A stretch of 63,602 nucleotides of DNA, counting the filler, from Candidatus Tectimicrobiota bacterium (GTDB lineage: Bacteria; JACPSX01): assembly GCA_016193065.1 (NCBI GenBank). It is 8 parts of 8 records of this genome, joined end to end, with 100 filler letters (N's around TTAATTAATTAA, not from the genome) between each part and the next. Parts side by side here need not be neighbours in the genome. Positions count along the whole stretch, not along the records: positions 7,788 to 21,306 come from JACPSX010000135.1; positions 21,407 to 25,929 come from JACPSX010000136.1; positions 26,030 to 31,885 come from JACPSX010000137.1; 5 more parts are not named here. One strand, 5' to 3'. Position numbers and translations under genes: made by a program. The notes beneath the pieces were generated by a model that saw only the letters and a list, made by a program, of their open reading frames with translations, did no database searches and was not told where the DNA came from. Positions 19,198 to 28,486 of the stretch are shown piece by piece (within the stretch, counting starts at the first letter, position 1; each line of letters opens with the position of its first letter).

Positions 19198-20004
19198 ATG
19201 AACAAGCCACGTTTTGCTTCGATCGCGTTTTGCTCCCTTTTCGTGCTCCTGGGTGTTTTGTATACGCGCCACGCGCAGGCTGCGATCAAGACGGAGACCG
19301 TAGAATACAAACAAGGCGAGACCCCGCTCGAAGGCTTTCTGGCCTACGACGACTCCATTCAGGGCAAGCGCCCGGGCATTGTCGTGGTGCCGGACTGGAA
19401 CGGCGTGGCCGATTACTCCAAGAAGCGCGCGCAAATGCTGGCCCAACTGGGTTACGTCGCATTAGCCGCCGATATCTACGGAAAGGGGATTCGTCCAACC
19501 GCTTCCAGGGAGGCCGCGCAAGAAGCGGCCAAATACATGAGCAATCGCCCGCTGTATCGCGCCCGCGTTCAGGCGGCCCTCGATCTACTCCGCAGGAACC
19601 CGCGGACCGACTCCGGCAAGCTCGCGGCCATCGGTTACTGCTTCGGAGGCGCGGGGGCGCTGGAGCTCGCTCGAAGCGGCGCGGACCTGGCGGGCGTTGT
19701 TACCTTCCATGGCAGCCTCGCCACGCCGACGCCGCAGGACGCAAGAAACATCAAGGGTCGCGTGCTCGTGCTGCATGGGGCGGATGATCCGTTCGCCCCG
19801 GCGAAGGAAGTGGAGGCCTTTCAGAAGGAAATGAGTGACGCCAAGGTGGACTGGCAGGTGGTCCTCTACAGCGGAACGGTGCACACTTTCACGAATCCGG
19901 CGGCGGGCAGCGACAATTCCAGAGGCTCCGCCTACAACGAAAAAGCGGACAGGCGTTCCTGGATCGCCATGCAGCAATTTTTCCGGGAAATCTTCACGAA
20001 CTGA
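19198..20004 (+). CDS. Secreted dienelactone hydrolase family protein
   Basis: SD AGGAGG, signal peptide (AQA), GYCFGG nucleophile motif, HGADD and HTFTNP. Confidence 0.92.
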   Translation: MNKPRFASIAFCSLFVLLGVLYTRHAQAAIKTETVEYKQGETPLEGFLAYDDSIQGKRPGIVVVPDWNGVADYSKKRAQMLAQLGYVALAADIYGKGIRPTASREAAQEAAKYMSNRPLYRARVQAALDLLRRNPRTDSGKLAAIGYCFGGAGALELARSGADLAGVVTFHGSLATPTPQDARNIKGRVLVLHGADDPFAPAKEVEAFQKEMSDAKVDWQVVLYSGTVHTFTNPAAGSDNSRGSAYNEKADRRSWIAMQQFFREIFTN

Positions 20005-20032
20005 TTCTTGAGCGGCATCGAAGCGGACCTGT

Positions 20033-20163
20033 CTCCCGGCCAAGATCTACGCCAACGAGGGGATTGGGGGGCTTTCCCTTGAGAGGGACTCGATCTGCCG
20101 GACGTCTTACGCAGACAAGAAGGGCAAGTACCAGGCCAACAGGGGCTCACGCTGCCGAAGATC
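20033..20163 (+). pseudogene. Degenerate copy of the dcd 3' end
   Basis: Translates [11 protein letters not shown]...[19 protein letters not shown] with a frameshift; homologous to 14107-14241. Confidence 0.9.
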
Positions 20164-20208
20164 GGACGAGGCGACGAACAAGCAGTTTTCATGCTCCTCA
20201 TCTTCCTC

Positions 20209-20236
20209 CGTTCGTGCTGAGCCTGTCGAAGCATGA
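20209..20236. repeat. REP-like unit (CGTTCGTGCTGAGCCTGTCGAAGCATGA)
   Basis: Same family as the units inside the 8081-8211 element and at 62973-63021. Confidence 0.7.
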
Positions 20237-20341
20237 TCCTTTTATCCTTCCGACCCGTTTACCTTACACCTTTCTCCGCCCAGCGCGGACAAACTCCACG
20301 ATTTCCTCACCGCACCGGGCTTTTGGGCGGTACGCAGGTGT

Positions 20342-20632
20342 CTACCGTGAAGAATGTAGTTCTTCTTCAATCTTGTCCGCTACGAACATCTTCAGCAGCG
20401 ATTGATAAGGGACATCGCGCTTGTTCGCCAGTATCTTTAATCTCTCGATCATCGACTCCGGCAGGCGCACTGAGATTGTCCGTGTCGTAGGCCGCAAGTT
20501 CGGAAGCTTGACGCGCTTTGCCCCGCTCCAATCAACGTAGTCGGTAGAGTCGTGCGACGACCAAAACTCTCGTTCCTGATCTTCGCTTTCAAACTTTGGT
20601 ATCTTACGGATCCGCTTCTTCACTTTGGGCAC
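20342..20632 (-). CDS. BrnA/CopG-family antitoxin
   Basis: IPKFESEDQEREFW..HDSTDY and TISVRLP..VPYQSLLK; overlaps the brnT-like gene. Confidence 0.88.
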   Translation of the reverse strand: MPKVKKRIRKIPKFESEDQEREFWSSHDSTDYVDWSGAKRVKLPNLRPTTRTISVRLPESMIERLKILANKRDVPYQSLLKMFVADKIEEELHSSR

Positions 20633-20930
20633 GCTGATACTCCTTCTGTTCCCGCCTGCTCATATCCCGGGCGGAGATCACCCGGACGAGCTTCCCGCGT
20701 ATAGTTAAGCCCACAAACAATAAGCGCCCTTCGTCGCTCTGGCCGAGCACATAGAACCTGGGCTCAGTTCCTGAATGTCTGACATCGGGCACCACCAAGA
20801 GCGGCTCGTTGAAAAACACCTCTTCACACTCAACCCGGCTCACCCTATGCTTGATCCAGTTCTTCTCGGAGTTTCCCTCGTCCCACTGGAAGCCGGTGCA
20901 ACCAAAGAGCTGTTCGAGCTGATTCGCCAT
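20604..20930 (-). CDS. BrnT-family ribonuclease toxin
   Basis: GFQWDEGNSEKNWIKHRVS..EEVF and RVISARDMSRRE. Confidence 0.9.
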   Translation of the reverse strand: MANQLEQLFGCTGFQWDEGNSEKNWIKHRVSRVECEEVFFNEPLLVVPDVRHSGTEPRFYVLGQSDEGRLLFVGLTIRGKLVRVISARDMSRREQKEYQRAQSEEADP

Positions 20931-20936
20931 GATTTA

Positions 20937-20965
20937 TGTATACATTGGATATATACGAATGTCAA
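20937..20965 (-). promoter_or_regulatory. Promoter/operator of the brnTA-like pair (probably leaderless transcript)
   Basis: TTGACA-17-TATACA ending 6 nt before the ATG, overlapped by inverted repeat GTATAC-ATTGGAT-ATATAC. Confidence 0.55.
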
Positions 20966-21069
20966 GAAGGTGCGGGATGAGCTCTCAGTTGATGATAACG
21001 AGCAATCTCCCTGAGGATCGAATGATCTTCACCGTATCTACACAGTGCGTCACATTCCTTGCACAAGTC

Positions 21070-21306
21070 ATCACTTCTTTCTCACGCCGGGCCGGAGCCA
21101 CCAGGTAAAAATGGCATGTGCAGCCCGGGATCGACCGTGCCAGATCTTCAAGCCGCAGGATCTCGGAATAGATAGGTTGCAAGCCGGCTCATTTCGGCCA
21201 ATACCTGCTCCTCGCGGGTAGCAGAGAGACAGGCTTCGAGAAACGCGCCAAACTTTCCCTTGTTGTCGTCATTCAAAAACTTGCTTTTGCTCCGTAATCG
21301 CAGTGA
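21070..21306 (-). pseudogene. Internally deleted remnant of a restriction-endonuclease-like (PD-(D/E)xK) gene
   Basis: Two out-of-frame pieces: KFGAFLEACLSATREEQVLAEM and IYSEILRLEDLA..FYLVAPARREKEV; family assignment from recall only. Confidence 0.45.
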
Positions 21307-21406
21307 NNNNNNNNNNNNNNNNNNNNNNNNNNNNNNNNNNNNNNNNNNNNTTAATTAATTAANNNNNNNNNNNNNNNNNNNNNNNNNNNNNNNNNNNNNN
21401 NNNNNN
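21307..21406. other. Artificial contig linker
   Basis: N/TTAATTAATTAA/N. Confidence 0.99.
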
Positions 21407-21407
21407 A

Positions 21408-21554
21408 CCGATTTCTCCAGGGGACTTACGTCGCTACCTGATTCATGAGGACGGCAAGATGCGGGTTCCCGTCTTGATCTTGGGAGACACCCTGATCCGC
21501 GGGTACCTTCCTGAGATGTATGAAAAGGCTCTATCAGATTTTCAGAGCCGGTAA
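21408..21554 (+). CDS. C-terminal part of an ArsC/Spx/glutaredoxin-like protein (5' truncated)
   Basis: ...LIHEDGKMRVPVLILGDTLIRGYLPEMYEKAL thioredoxin-fold tail. Confidence 0.5.
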   Translation, partial: PISPGDLRRYLIHEDGKMRVPVLILGDTLIRGYLPEMYEKALSDFQSR

Positions 21555-21571
21555 GAGAAGGAATTTCTCGC

Positions 21572-22282
21572 CTAATCCGCCAGGAGCCGGCAGAACCTAC
21601 CGAAAGTTTCCCGCGCCAGAACCTGCAGATGGGAGACTCTCCGCGGGAGATCTTCAAGAATCGAAGTTTCCTGGATGTAATCCTTGACCTCTTGCAGCTC
21701 TCCGGAAAAGAGAGAACAGAATTGATTGACCATGGCCTCGGTGATTTCCAGGTGAAAAAGGAGGCCGTAGGCCCGAGACCCGATCCGGAAAGCTTGATAT
21801 GGGTAGAGCTCTGAGGAGGCCAGGGGAAATGCGCCGGCAGGGAGCTCGAAGATATCCCCGTGCCACTCGAAAGCCTCAAATTGTCGCGGGAATCCCATGA
21901 AGAGGGGATCCCGGGTCGCATCGGCGGTTAGTTGGAGGGTGTACCAGCCGATCTCTTTACGGGGCCCGGCAGTCACCTTCCCTCCCGCCGCTTTCGCGAT
22001 AAGCTGAGACCCGAGGCACACCCCGAGGATTGGCATCTCGTGGGCCAGGGCTTCCTTGAGGATCCGATCCTCCTCCACGAGCCAGGGATATTGGTCTTCG
22101 TCGTGAACTCCCATGGGACCGCCCATCAGCAGGAGCCCCGAGTAGGGGGAGAGGGAGACAGGGAGACCTTCTCCCTCGTATAGCTTCATCTTCCGGTAAG
22201 GGACTGCCTGCTGGACAAAAACCTCCTCGAAGGTACCCGGAGTTTCGGACCAGAAATGCTGCAATATAAGCAGCGGTCTCAT
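21572..22282 (-). CDS. Class I glutamine amidotransferase domain protein
   Basis: MGGPMG, LGVCLGSQL, WHGD and FHLE catalytic triad motifs. Confidence 0.9.
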   Translation of the reverse strand: MRPLLILQHFWSETPGTFEEVFVQQAVPYRKMKLYEGEGLPVSLSPYSGLLLMGGPMGVHDEDQYPWLVEEDRILKEALAHEMPILGVCLGSQLIAKAAGGKVTAGPRKEIGWYTLQLTADATRDPLFMGFPRQFEAFEWHGDIFELPAGAFPLASSELYPYQAFRIGSRAYGLLFHLEITEAMVNQFCSLFSGELQEVKDYIQETSILEDLPRRVSHLQVLARETFGRFCRLLAD

Positions 22283-22917
22283 AATTGTTGGACCCTCTGC
22301 TTCTTCCGGTAACCATCGTTACCGACAGTTCCCGGACGGTTTTGCTCCAGACGGAGCAAGAATTTCTTAATCAGGAGCCCCCCCGCGTACCCGGTGAGGT
22401 CTCCGCTTTTCCCCACGACTCGATGGCAGGGGATCATGATGGCCACCGGGTTGGCCCGGCAGGCCGCGCCCACCGCGCGACTGGCTCCAGGAGCGTCAAT
22501 CCGGCGTGCAATCTCTCCGTAGGACGTGGTCTCTCCGTAAGGGATCGAACACAAAGCTTCCCAGACTTTGCGCTGAAACGGTGTGCCCTGCGGGGCCAGA
22601 GGGGTAGAGAAGGTCGTCAGCTCGCCACGAAAATAAGCCTCCAATTCCCCACGAGCCTCAAGCAGCGCTCCCTCTTCGGGGAGGAGCAGGTCCTCACGAA
22701 GGGGGAAAAATAAGCTCCGCGCAAGTCCGGCCGGGGCTCTAAGGAACTGGATTGCCGTCACGTGTGAATGGCTTCCCATCAGGATGATAGGCCCCACGGG
22801 AGAGGCGAGCCGGGTACCCGCAGAGCGGGTGCACTCTCGGGTACCCGCCTTGCGGGTGTCCCGCGCCTCCCGGTACTCGGGACACTGAATTGCGATGTGC
22901 TCCAGGCGAAGTTTCAA
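22279..22917 (-). CDS. ogt: Methylated-DNA-protein-cysteine methyltransferase, with two palindromic insertions near the N-terminus
   Basis: GTPFQRKVW, IPYGET, RAVG and IPCHRV active site. Confidence 0.92.
   Translation of the reverse strand: MKLRLEHIAIQCPEYREARDTRKAGTRECTRSAGTRLASPVGPIILMGSHSHVTAIQFLRAPAGLARSLFFPLREDLLLPEEGALLEARGELEAYFRGELTTFSTPLAPQGTPFQRKVWEALCSIPYGETTSYGEIARRIDAPGASRAVGAACRANPVAIMIPCHRVVGKSGDLTGYAGGLLIKKFLLRLEQNRPGTVGNDGYRKKQRVQQL
22811..22858. repeat. Two tandem 21-nt GGGTACCC palindromic elements inside ogt
   Basis: CGGGTACCCGCAGAGCGGGTG (22811-22831) and CGGGTACCCGCCTTGCGGGTG (22838-22858). Confidence 0.88.
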
Positions 22918-23082
22918 GTTCCCTCCTGGCGATCAGGAGACAAATTGGATTCCTGTTTCGTTGATCCGAAATTCGGCGAGCTCGTCGCTGCACGTGCTGC
23001 CCCGATGTTTGGCCACATGGAGAGCCCGGCTGATCTTTCCCCATTAGGCGAGACCATGATCGATGATCACTCTTCAGGAATT

Positions 23083-24330
23083 CTAGGCCTCCAGGATGGC
23101 CGGCTTGCCCAGCTTCATCATGGCAATCCACAAGGCGCCCACCGTGTACGAGGCGGCCATGACGTAGAAGGCCGGAATAAAACCGAACCGGTTCACCAGG
23201 TAGCCAATGGCGACCGCCCACAGCGCGCCGGAGCCGAAACCGAAAGTGAAGAACACGCCGAAGACCACGTCCTTGGGCAACTCCTCGGTGGAATCGGCTG
23301 CCAGGGATTGGAGCATGGGGCTTTCGGAATACACGAAGCAGCCCATGACAAAGAGGATTACCGGCAGGAGCCAGGTGTAGTGACCCAGGTGAATGAACAG
23401 AACCGTCATGATTGTGGAGCAAAGATAGGTCGTGACCAGAACCAGCTTGCGCTGGGGTACTCTGTCCGACACGACTCCCGCCAGCGTGGGACCCGCGACG
23501 CTGCCGATCATCATGATCGTGTAAAGCATCCCCGTGCTCAGCACGCTCATCTTCAACTGCTGGGAAAGATAGAGGGGGACGAAGGTGATGAGAATCCCGA
23601 GCCCCCTGCCGCCCGCCGCAGTGGCCTGGGCCAGCAAGATGAGGAGCATGTTTCGCTTCTTGAGAACCAGGAGGGTTTCCCTGCCGAGATGGGGCTTCTC
23701 CGCCTTTCCTGCCCCGGCATCCGTGGCCCGGTTTTCCTCCCGCACCAGGAAGAGGAGTATGAATCCGATGACGATCCCCGGCAAGGCGAAGGCAGCCAGC
23801 GTGCTGCGCCAGCCCAGGAAGCCCAGAAGCCCGGCTCCCATCAGCGGAACGATCACGGTGCCCACGTTACCGCCCGCGAAGTTGATTCCCAGAGCCTTGC
23901 CCCGGGCCTCCTTACCAAAGTGTTCGAGAATCAGGGAATTTCCATTCGGATGCTGGGGGCTTCCGGCGAGCCGGTTGAGAGTTTGCCAGCCGGTGAGCTG
24001 GAAGAAGTTGGATGCGGTCCCCGAAAGAGCTAGAAACACTCCTTGGAAGATGGCGCCAAAGCCCAGCAGGGTCTTGCGTTTGAAAAATCTCCCCATGTAC
24101 CCGGCCAGCCATTGAAACCCCTGGCCGAACATCCGGCTGATGCCAAGGAGCAGGCCCAGTTGGCTGTAATTGAACTTGAGCTCCGCCATGATGGCTGGAT
24201 ACAGGATCGGCATCAGGGCTGTGTAGGCATGGTTGACGGCGTGGGCCGCCGCCACCATGGACAGGATTACATAGGCACTCCTCATGGATACCGCGCTGGT
24301 TGAAGTCTGAAATGGCTCCCCGTTTTTCAT
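23083..24330 (-). CDS. MFS transporter (Fsr-like)
   Basis: About 12 hydrophobic segments; AHAVNH, HP..NSL, RGKALGI and GVVSDRV motifs. Confidence 0.88.
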   Translation of the reverse strand: MKNGEPFQTSTSAVSMRSAYVILSMVAAAHAVNHAYTALMPILYPAIMAELKFNYSQLGLLLGISRMFGQGFQWLAGYMGRFFKRKTLLGFGAIFQGVFLALSGTASNFFQLTGWQTLNRLAGSPQHPNGNSLILEHFGKEARGKALGINFAGGNVGTVIVPLMGAGLLGFLGWRSTLAAFALPGIVIGFILLFLVREENRATDAGAGKAEKPHLGRETLLVLKKRNMLLILLAQATAAGGRGLGILITFVPLYLSQQLKMSVLSTGMLYTIMMIGSVAGPTLAGVVSDRVPQRKLVLVTTYLCSTIMTVLFIHLGHYTWLLPVILFVMGCFVYSESPMLQSLAADSTEELPKDVVFGVFFTFGFGSGALWAVAIGYLVNRFGFIPAFYVMAASYTVGALWIAMMKLGKPAILEA

Positions 24331-24495
24331 TAGGCGCTGCTCCCCGTTGTGGGATCCGGGTCTTTTCTGTTCGGGCTTGTGGGATATCGTAGCTGGGCCA
24401 GACCAGGATATGAATTCCAGCGCAAATTGTGGGTCTCCAGGGTCTGCCTAAGTAACAGTTTTGGAAAGCCGCCTTTCCAGGAAGGAGGAGTCTTC

Positions 24496-25008
24496 ATGAG
24501 ACACCGAAAGATTGCCGCAATCGTTGTGGTCCTGATCGCAACCCTGGGTTTTTCCTACCTGGCGCAATCCCAAGAGCGGGCCAGATCCCAGTCTAGGGGA
24601 ATGAGAGAAAGAGGGAGCGCAGCCTGGCAGCAGCGTACGGGTCCCGAGGCTCCCTGGATCACCATCATCCTGAGAAACCGGGACCGGCTCCAGTTAACCC
24701 CCGAGCAGGTGGCGTCCCTGGAAAAGCTCCGGTCCGACTTTGCACGTGAGGCAATCCGCAAGCAGGCGGATCTCCGCATTGCCGAGTTGGATCTGAGGCG
24801 CCTTTTGGCAGGGGAACCCGTGGACTTGGCTCAGGTGAAGACAAAGCTGGAGGAAGCGGCCCGGCTCAACACAGACCTGCGCTACGCTCGAATTGAAACC
24901 CTGGAGAAAGGGAAGGCCGTGCTTACCGCGGAACAGCGTGATAAACTACGCAACCTCACCTCAGTCCCCCGAAGTTCTGTCCCGGAACCGCGGGGTAAGG
25001 CTTCGTAG
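24496..25008 (+). CDS. Spy/CpxP-family periplasmic (heavy-metal sensor-like) protein
   Basis: SD AGGAGG, signal peptide, LQLTPEQ and VLTAEQR LTxxQ motifs. Confidence 0.82.
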   Translation: MRHRKIAAIVVVLIATLGFSYLAQSQERARSQSRGMRERGSAAWQQRTGPEAPWITIILRNRDRLQLTPEQVASLEKLRSDFAREAIRKQADLRIAELDLRRLLAGEPVDLAQVKTKLEEAARLNTDLRYARIETLEKGKAVLTAEQRDKLRNLTSVPRSSVPEPRGKAS

Positions 25009-25044
25009 AGGGCGGGTGTGCTTTCTGGCAGAGGAGAAACAACC

Positions 25045-25209
25045 ATGGCGAAAGATCCCGTCTGTAATATGACCGTGGATGAGAAGAAAGCTGCCGCCAC
25101 CTGGACCTACAAGGGCAAGACGTACTATTTTTGTGCGGTCGGGTGCAAGGTGGCCTTCGAAAAAGATCCCGAAAAGTATCTGGCGAAGCAGGGACAAGCC
25201 GGCAAGTAA
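25045..25209 (+). CDS. YHS domain protein
   Basis: MAKDPVCNMTV...YKGKTYYFCAVGCKVAFEKDPEKY. Confidence 0.92.
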   Translation: MAKDPVCNMTVDEKKAAATWTYKGKTYYFCAVGCKVAFEKDPEKYLAKQGQAGK

Positions 25210-25299
25210 CGAACTGGAAGAGCAGCAGTTCGGGTGTAAACGACCCAATGGGTCCAGGAGGGGTTCACCCCCTTTTCTGGTCCTTGACTGCCCGAGGTG

Positions 25300-25658
25300 A
25301 TGAGTCCATACTCGCTGCGGGTGAATTGGCGATTCCGGATTCCGGGAGCGCCGGAAAACAAAAGCACCCTCGTTGCGGACGGCAAGTGAGTTTGCAACTG
25401 TACGGTTTCGGTCCGGAAGCGGATCCGGCCCGGGTGGCGGCCCAGGTAGTTACCGGGGTAGGTTTTTTGGGGGCGGGCACGATCTTGCGCACCGGAGCCA
25501 CCGTGAAGGGGCTTACGACTGCTGCGAGCGTTTGGGCCGTGGCGGCCATTGGGGTTGCCGTGGGGGTTGGGATGTATCTTATGGCCGTCGTGAGCACTTT
25601 TCTGGGGGCGGGAGTCCTGCATTTTTCCAGCAAGGCGGGATCCGGCAATGCCCGTTAG
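25300..25658 (+). pseudogene. MgtC/SapB-family remnant (N-terminal half degraded)
   Basis: DPARVAAQVVTGVGFLGAGTI..GLTTAASVW intact; upstream RER..K..LRT piece is in another frame; no valid start. Confidence 0.75.
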
Positions 25659-25845
25659 GATTCTGCCCTGGTGAAAGGGTTTCTCGCGCTTCCCACTGAT
25701 GAAAATGATCTAGTCAAATAGTGGGCTTGTCCTATTGAACCATAGCTTGATATGGTAAAATATTCACAATCTTCCACGGCCCCCAAAGAGGCCGGGTGGT
25801 TGGGAAACGGGAGTGAGGTTTGTTTCGCGCGGCAGGAGAAGGTTT

Positions 25846-25929
25846 GTGAGTAAGATTCTGGGCTGGTCGTCTCTCGCCATGGTTCTGCTGGGCCTGCTGC
25901 TGGCTCTGGTGTACGCTCCTCCGGACTCG
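25846..25929 (+). CDS. Possible cytochrome c biogenesis CcmC/CcsA N-terminus (truncated)
   Basis: SD AGGAG; MSKILGWSSLAMVLLGLLLALVYAPPDS resembles CcmC TM1 + AP.D. Confidence 0.45.
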
Positions 25930-26029
25930 NNNNNNNNNNNNNNNNNNNNNNNNNNNNNNNNNNNNNNNNNNNNTTAATTAATTAANNNNNNNNNNNNNNN
26001 NNNNNNNNNNNNNNNNNNNNNNNNNNNNN
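25930..26029. other. Artificial contig linker
   Basis: N/TTAATTAATTAA/N. Confidence 0.99.
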
Positions 26030-26574
26030 AGGCCATCGATCCAAAAACGGGAAGCCCGCTGGAACTGGGCAGCGGTCCGTTCTTGCTTGGAGCGGGGCTG
26101 CTGGGGGCGACTCTGATGACGCTCCTTTCCGCGCTCCGCGGGAGAGCCCTCCCGTGCTTTGGAGCCATCGCCTGCTCTTCCCTCGTGGTGATCGTCGTCT
26201 CCCTCACAATGATCGCTCCTCCCATCGACGGGCTTCGGCACGGGCGCCTGGGAGATCTGGCGAAAATGGCTGGAAGGAGAGCCGGGCCCGATGATACAAT
26301 CGTGAGCTACGGTCTCAAAAAGACCAGCGTGGTCTTCTACAGCCGCCGCCTGGTGCGGGAAGTGGACCAGGGAGACCTGCCTCTCCTCAAGACGTTGGCA
26401 CAGGGAAAGGGAAGCATGTGGGTATTGAGCCGGATCGAATACGAGCCGGATCTAAGACAGGTGAATGGCCTGGTGACTCTGGACAAGAACCCCCCCTACC
26501 TGCTGGCTCTGAGGCAGGGAACAACCCCTTCACCGGATCACGGGCAAAGCTCTTCCCCGGCCAGGAAACGATGA
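26030..26574 (+). CDS. C-terminal part of an ArnT/GT-C-like membrane glycosyltransferase (5' truncated)
   Basis: TM segments then SVVFYSRR periplasmic tail; precedes a GT2 and a flippase-like gene. Confidence 0.6.
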
Positions 26575-27551
26575 GTCCGGAATCTTCTCCCACTCTCGAT
26601 CTCACCGTCGTCATTCCTGTTTTCAATGAAGCCCCGAACTTGCGCCCCCTGTGCGAAAACCTCACGAGCGCTTTATCTCCCCTCGGGCGCACTTTCGAGA
26701 TCCTCCTGATCGACGACGGCAGCAGCGACGAGAGCTTGCAGATTTACCCGGAGCTCTGCCGGAAATATGAGCAGGTCAAGGTCATCCGCCTGCGCCGCAA
26801 CTTCGGCCAGACCGCGGCCTTCTCGGCCGGCTTCGACTACGCCCGGGGCCGGATCATCGTCGCCATGGACGGAGACCTCCAGAACGACGCCGCGGACATC
26901 CCGGCGCTCCTGAAGAAAATCGAGGAAGGGTACGATCTGGTGAGCGGCTGGCGGGTGAACCGGCGGGACAAGAAGGTGACCCGCATCCTCCCATCCCGCA
27001 TTGCGAACTGGCTTATCAGCCGCCTGACCGGAGTCCCCCTGCATGATTACGGTTGCTCACTGAAGGCCTACCGGGCCGAGGTTGCCAAGAACCTGGCTCT
27101 CTACGGCGAGCTGCACCGCTTCATCCCCGTCCTGGCCAGCATGTACGGCGCCACGATTGCCGAGATCCCGGTGCAACACCACCCGCGCCGGCTGGGGAAG
27201 AGCAAGTACACGCTCTCGCGGGTCTTCCGGGTCGTGATCGACCTGGGAACGATCCTGTTCCTGAAATGGTTCCTGGACCGGCCCCAGTACGTGTTCGGGC
27301 GCTGGGGCTTGATCCTGTTCAGCGCGGGGCTGGTCATCGACGGCTACCTGGCCGCTCTGAAGATCTTCTGGGGAGAGGACATCGGAACCCGGCCCCTGCT
27401 CATCCTGGGAGTCTTGCTGATCCTGGCCGGCATGCAGATCTTCTTCACGGGAATCCTGGCTGAAATTCAGATCCGCACGTATTACGAATCACAGAAAAAA
27501 CCCCGCTACCACGTGCGCGAGGTCCTCAGCTTCAACGAGACCATCCGTTGA
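26571..27551 (+). CDS. GT2 polyprenol-phosphate glycosyltransferase (ArnC/GtrB-like)
   Basis: VVIPVFNE, DDGSSD, RNFGQTAA, MDGDLQND and two C-terminal TMs. Confidence 0.93.
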   Translation: MSPESSPTLDLTVVIPVFNEAPNLRPLCENLTSALSPLGRTFEILLIDDGSSDESLQIYPELCRKYEQVKVIRLRRNFGQTAAFSAGFDYARGRIIVAMDGDLQNDAADIPALLKKIEEGYDLVSGWRVNRRDKKVTRILPSRIANWLISRLTGVPLHDYGCSLKAYRAEVAKNLALYGELHRFIPVLASMYGATIAEIPVQHHPRRLGKSKYTLSRVFRVVIDLGTILFLKWFLDRPQYVFGRWGLILFSAGLVIDGYLAALKIFWGEDIGTRPLLILGVLLILAGMQIFFTGILAEIQIRTYYESQKKPRYHVREVLSFNETIR

Positions 27552-28486
27552 TGAAAAGGCTGCACTGGCTCCGGGTGGCCGTGAGCATTGCAGTTCTTTG
27601 GGTGATCTTCACCAAGATCCCATTGCGGGCCGTGGGCGACGTTTTGGGGAAGGTCACCCCGCTGCCCCTGTTCTTTGCTTTCCTGTTCTACCTGTGCGGT
27701 CAGACGCTGAGCGCCTACAAGTGGCGGCTTCTGGCCGCCCCTCTGGGATTTCAGCGGCGCTTTCGGGACTACCTGAGCTACTACTTCATCGGCATGTATT
27801 TCAACCTGTTCCTGCCCACCAACGTGGGGGGCGACGTGGGGCGGGGCTACTATCTGGCCGCGGAGAACAAGCAGTGGACACTGGCCTACTACTCGATTCT
27901 GGCCGAGCGCGCGAGCGGTACACTGGCCCTGTTCCTGGTGGCTTCCCTGGGGATTCTCGTTTCCGGCGGGGCGTCGCTTCCGCTCTGGATCTCCTGGGGA
28001 ACCGGGCTGGCCACTGTTGCCCTGTTCGGCTGTCTCCCTGCCGTCCCCGCCCTGCTCAAAGTCCTGCGTGCACGCGTCCGTATCCTGTCGCCCTACATCC
28101 GGGAGGAGATGACCCTGTACTGGAAGACCCCCGATCTCCTCGTCCGCGCCCTTCTCCTGTCAGCCCTCTTCCACCTGCTGCTGGTCCTGATTCATTTCCT
28201 GATCGGGCGCGCCATGGGCTTGCAGCTCCCCGTGTCCTCCTACCTCGTCACGGCCCCCCTGACGGGGCTGGCCGCGTTTCTTCCCGTGAGCTTCAACGGG
28301 ATCGGTATTCGGGAAGCCGCCTACATCTTCTTCCTGGGAAGCTTCGGCGCCGGACCCGCCGTGGCGTTCAGCTTCGGGATCCTCTGGCTCGCCGTGGTGG
28401 TGGCCGCAAGCCTTCTGGGAGGAGGAGCCTTTCTGCTCAAAAGGAGAGAGAAATTTCCCACAACGGAGTCTCGTCCAGACGCTTGA
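27551..28486 (+). CDS. Lysylphosphatidylglycerol-synthase TM-domain / flippase-like protein
   Basis: FNLFLPTNVGGDV, ER..G and PVSFNGIGIRE. Confidence 0.87.
   Translation: MKRLHWLRVAVSIAVLWVIFTKIPLRAVGDVLGKVTPLPLFFAFLFYLCGQTLSAYKWRLLAAPLGFQRRFRDYLSYYFIGMYFNLFLPTNVGGDVGRGYYLAAENKQWTLAYYSILAERASGTLALFLVASLGILVSGGASLPLWISWGTGLATVALFGCLPAVPALLKVLRARVRILSPYIREEMTLYWKTPDLLVRALLLSALFHLLLVLIHFLIGRAMGLQLPVSSYLVTAPLTGLAAFLPVSFNGIGIREAAYIFFLGSFGAGPAVAFSFGILWLAVVVAASLLGGGAFLLKRREKFPTTESRPDA

Noticed and set aside
22811-22858. CRISPR mini-array from tandem palindromic repeats
   Set aside because: At most two units with 6-7 nt spacing, no regular spacers, no cas genes
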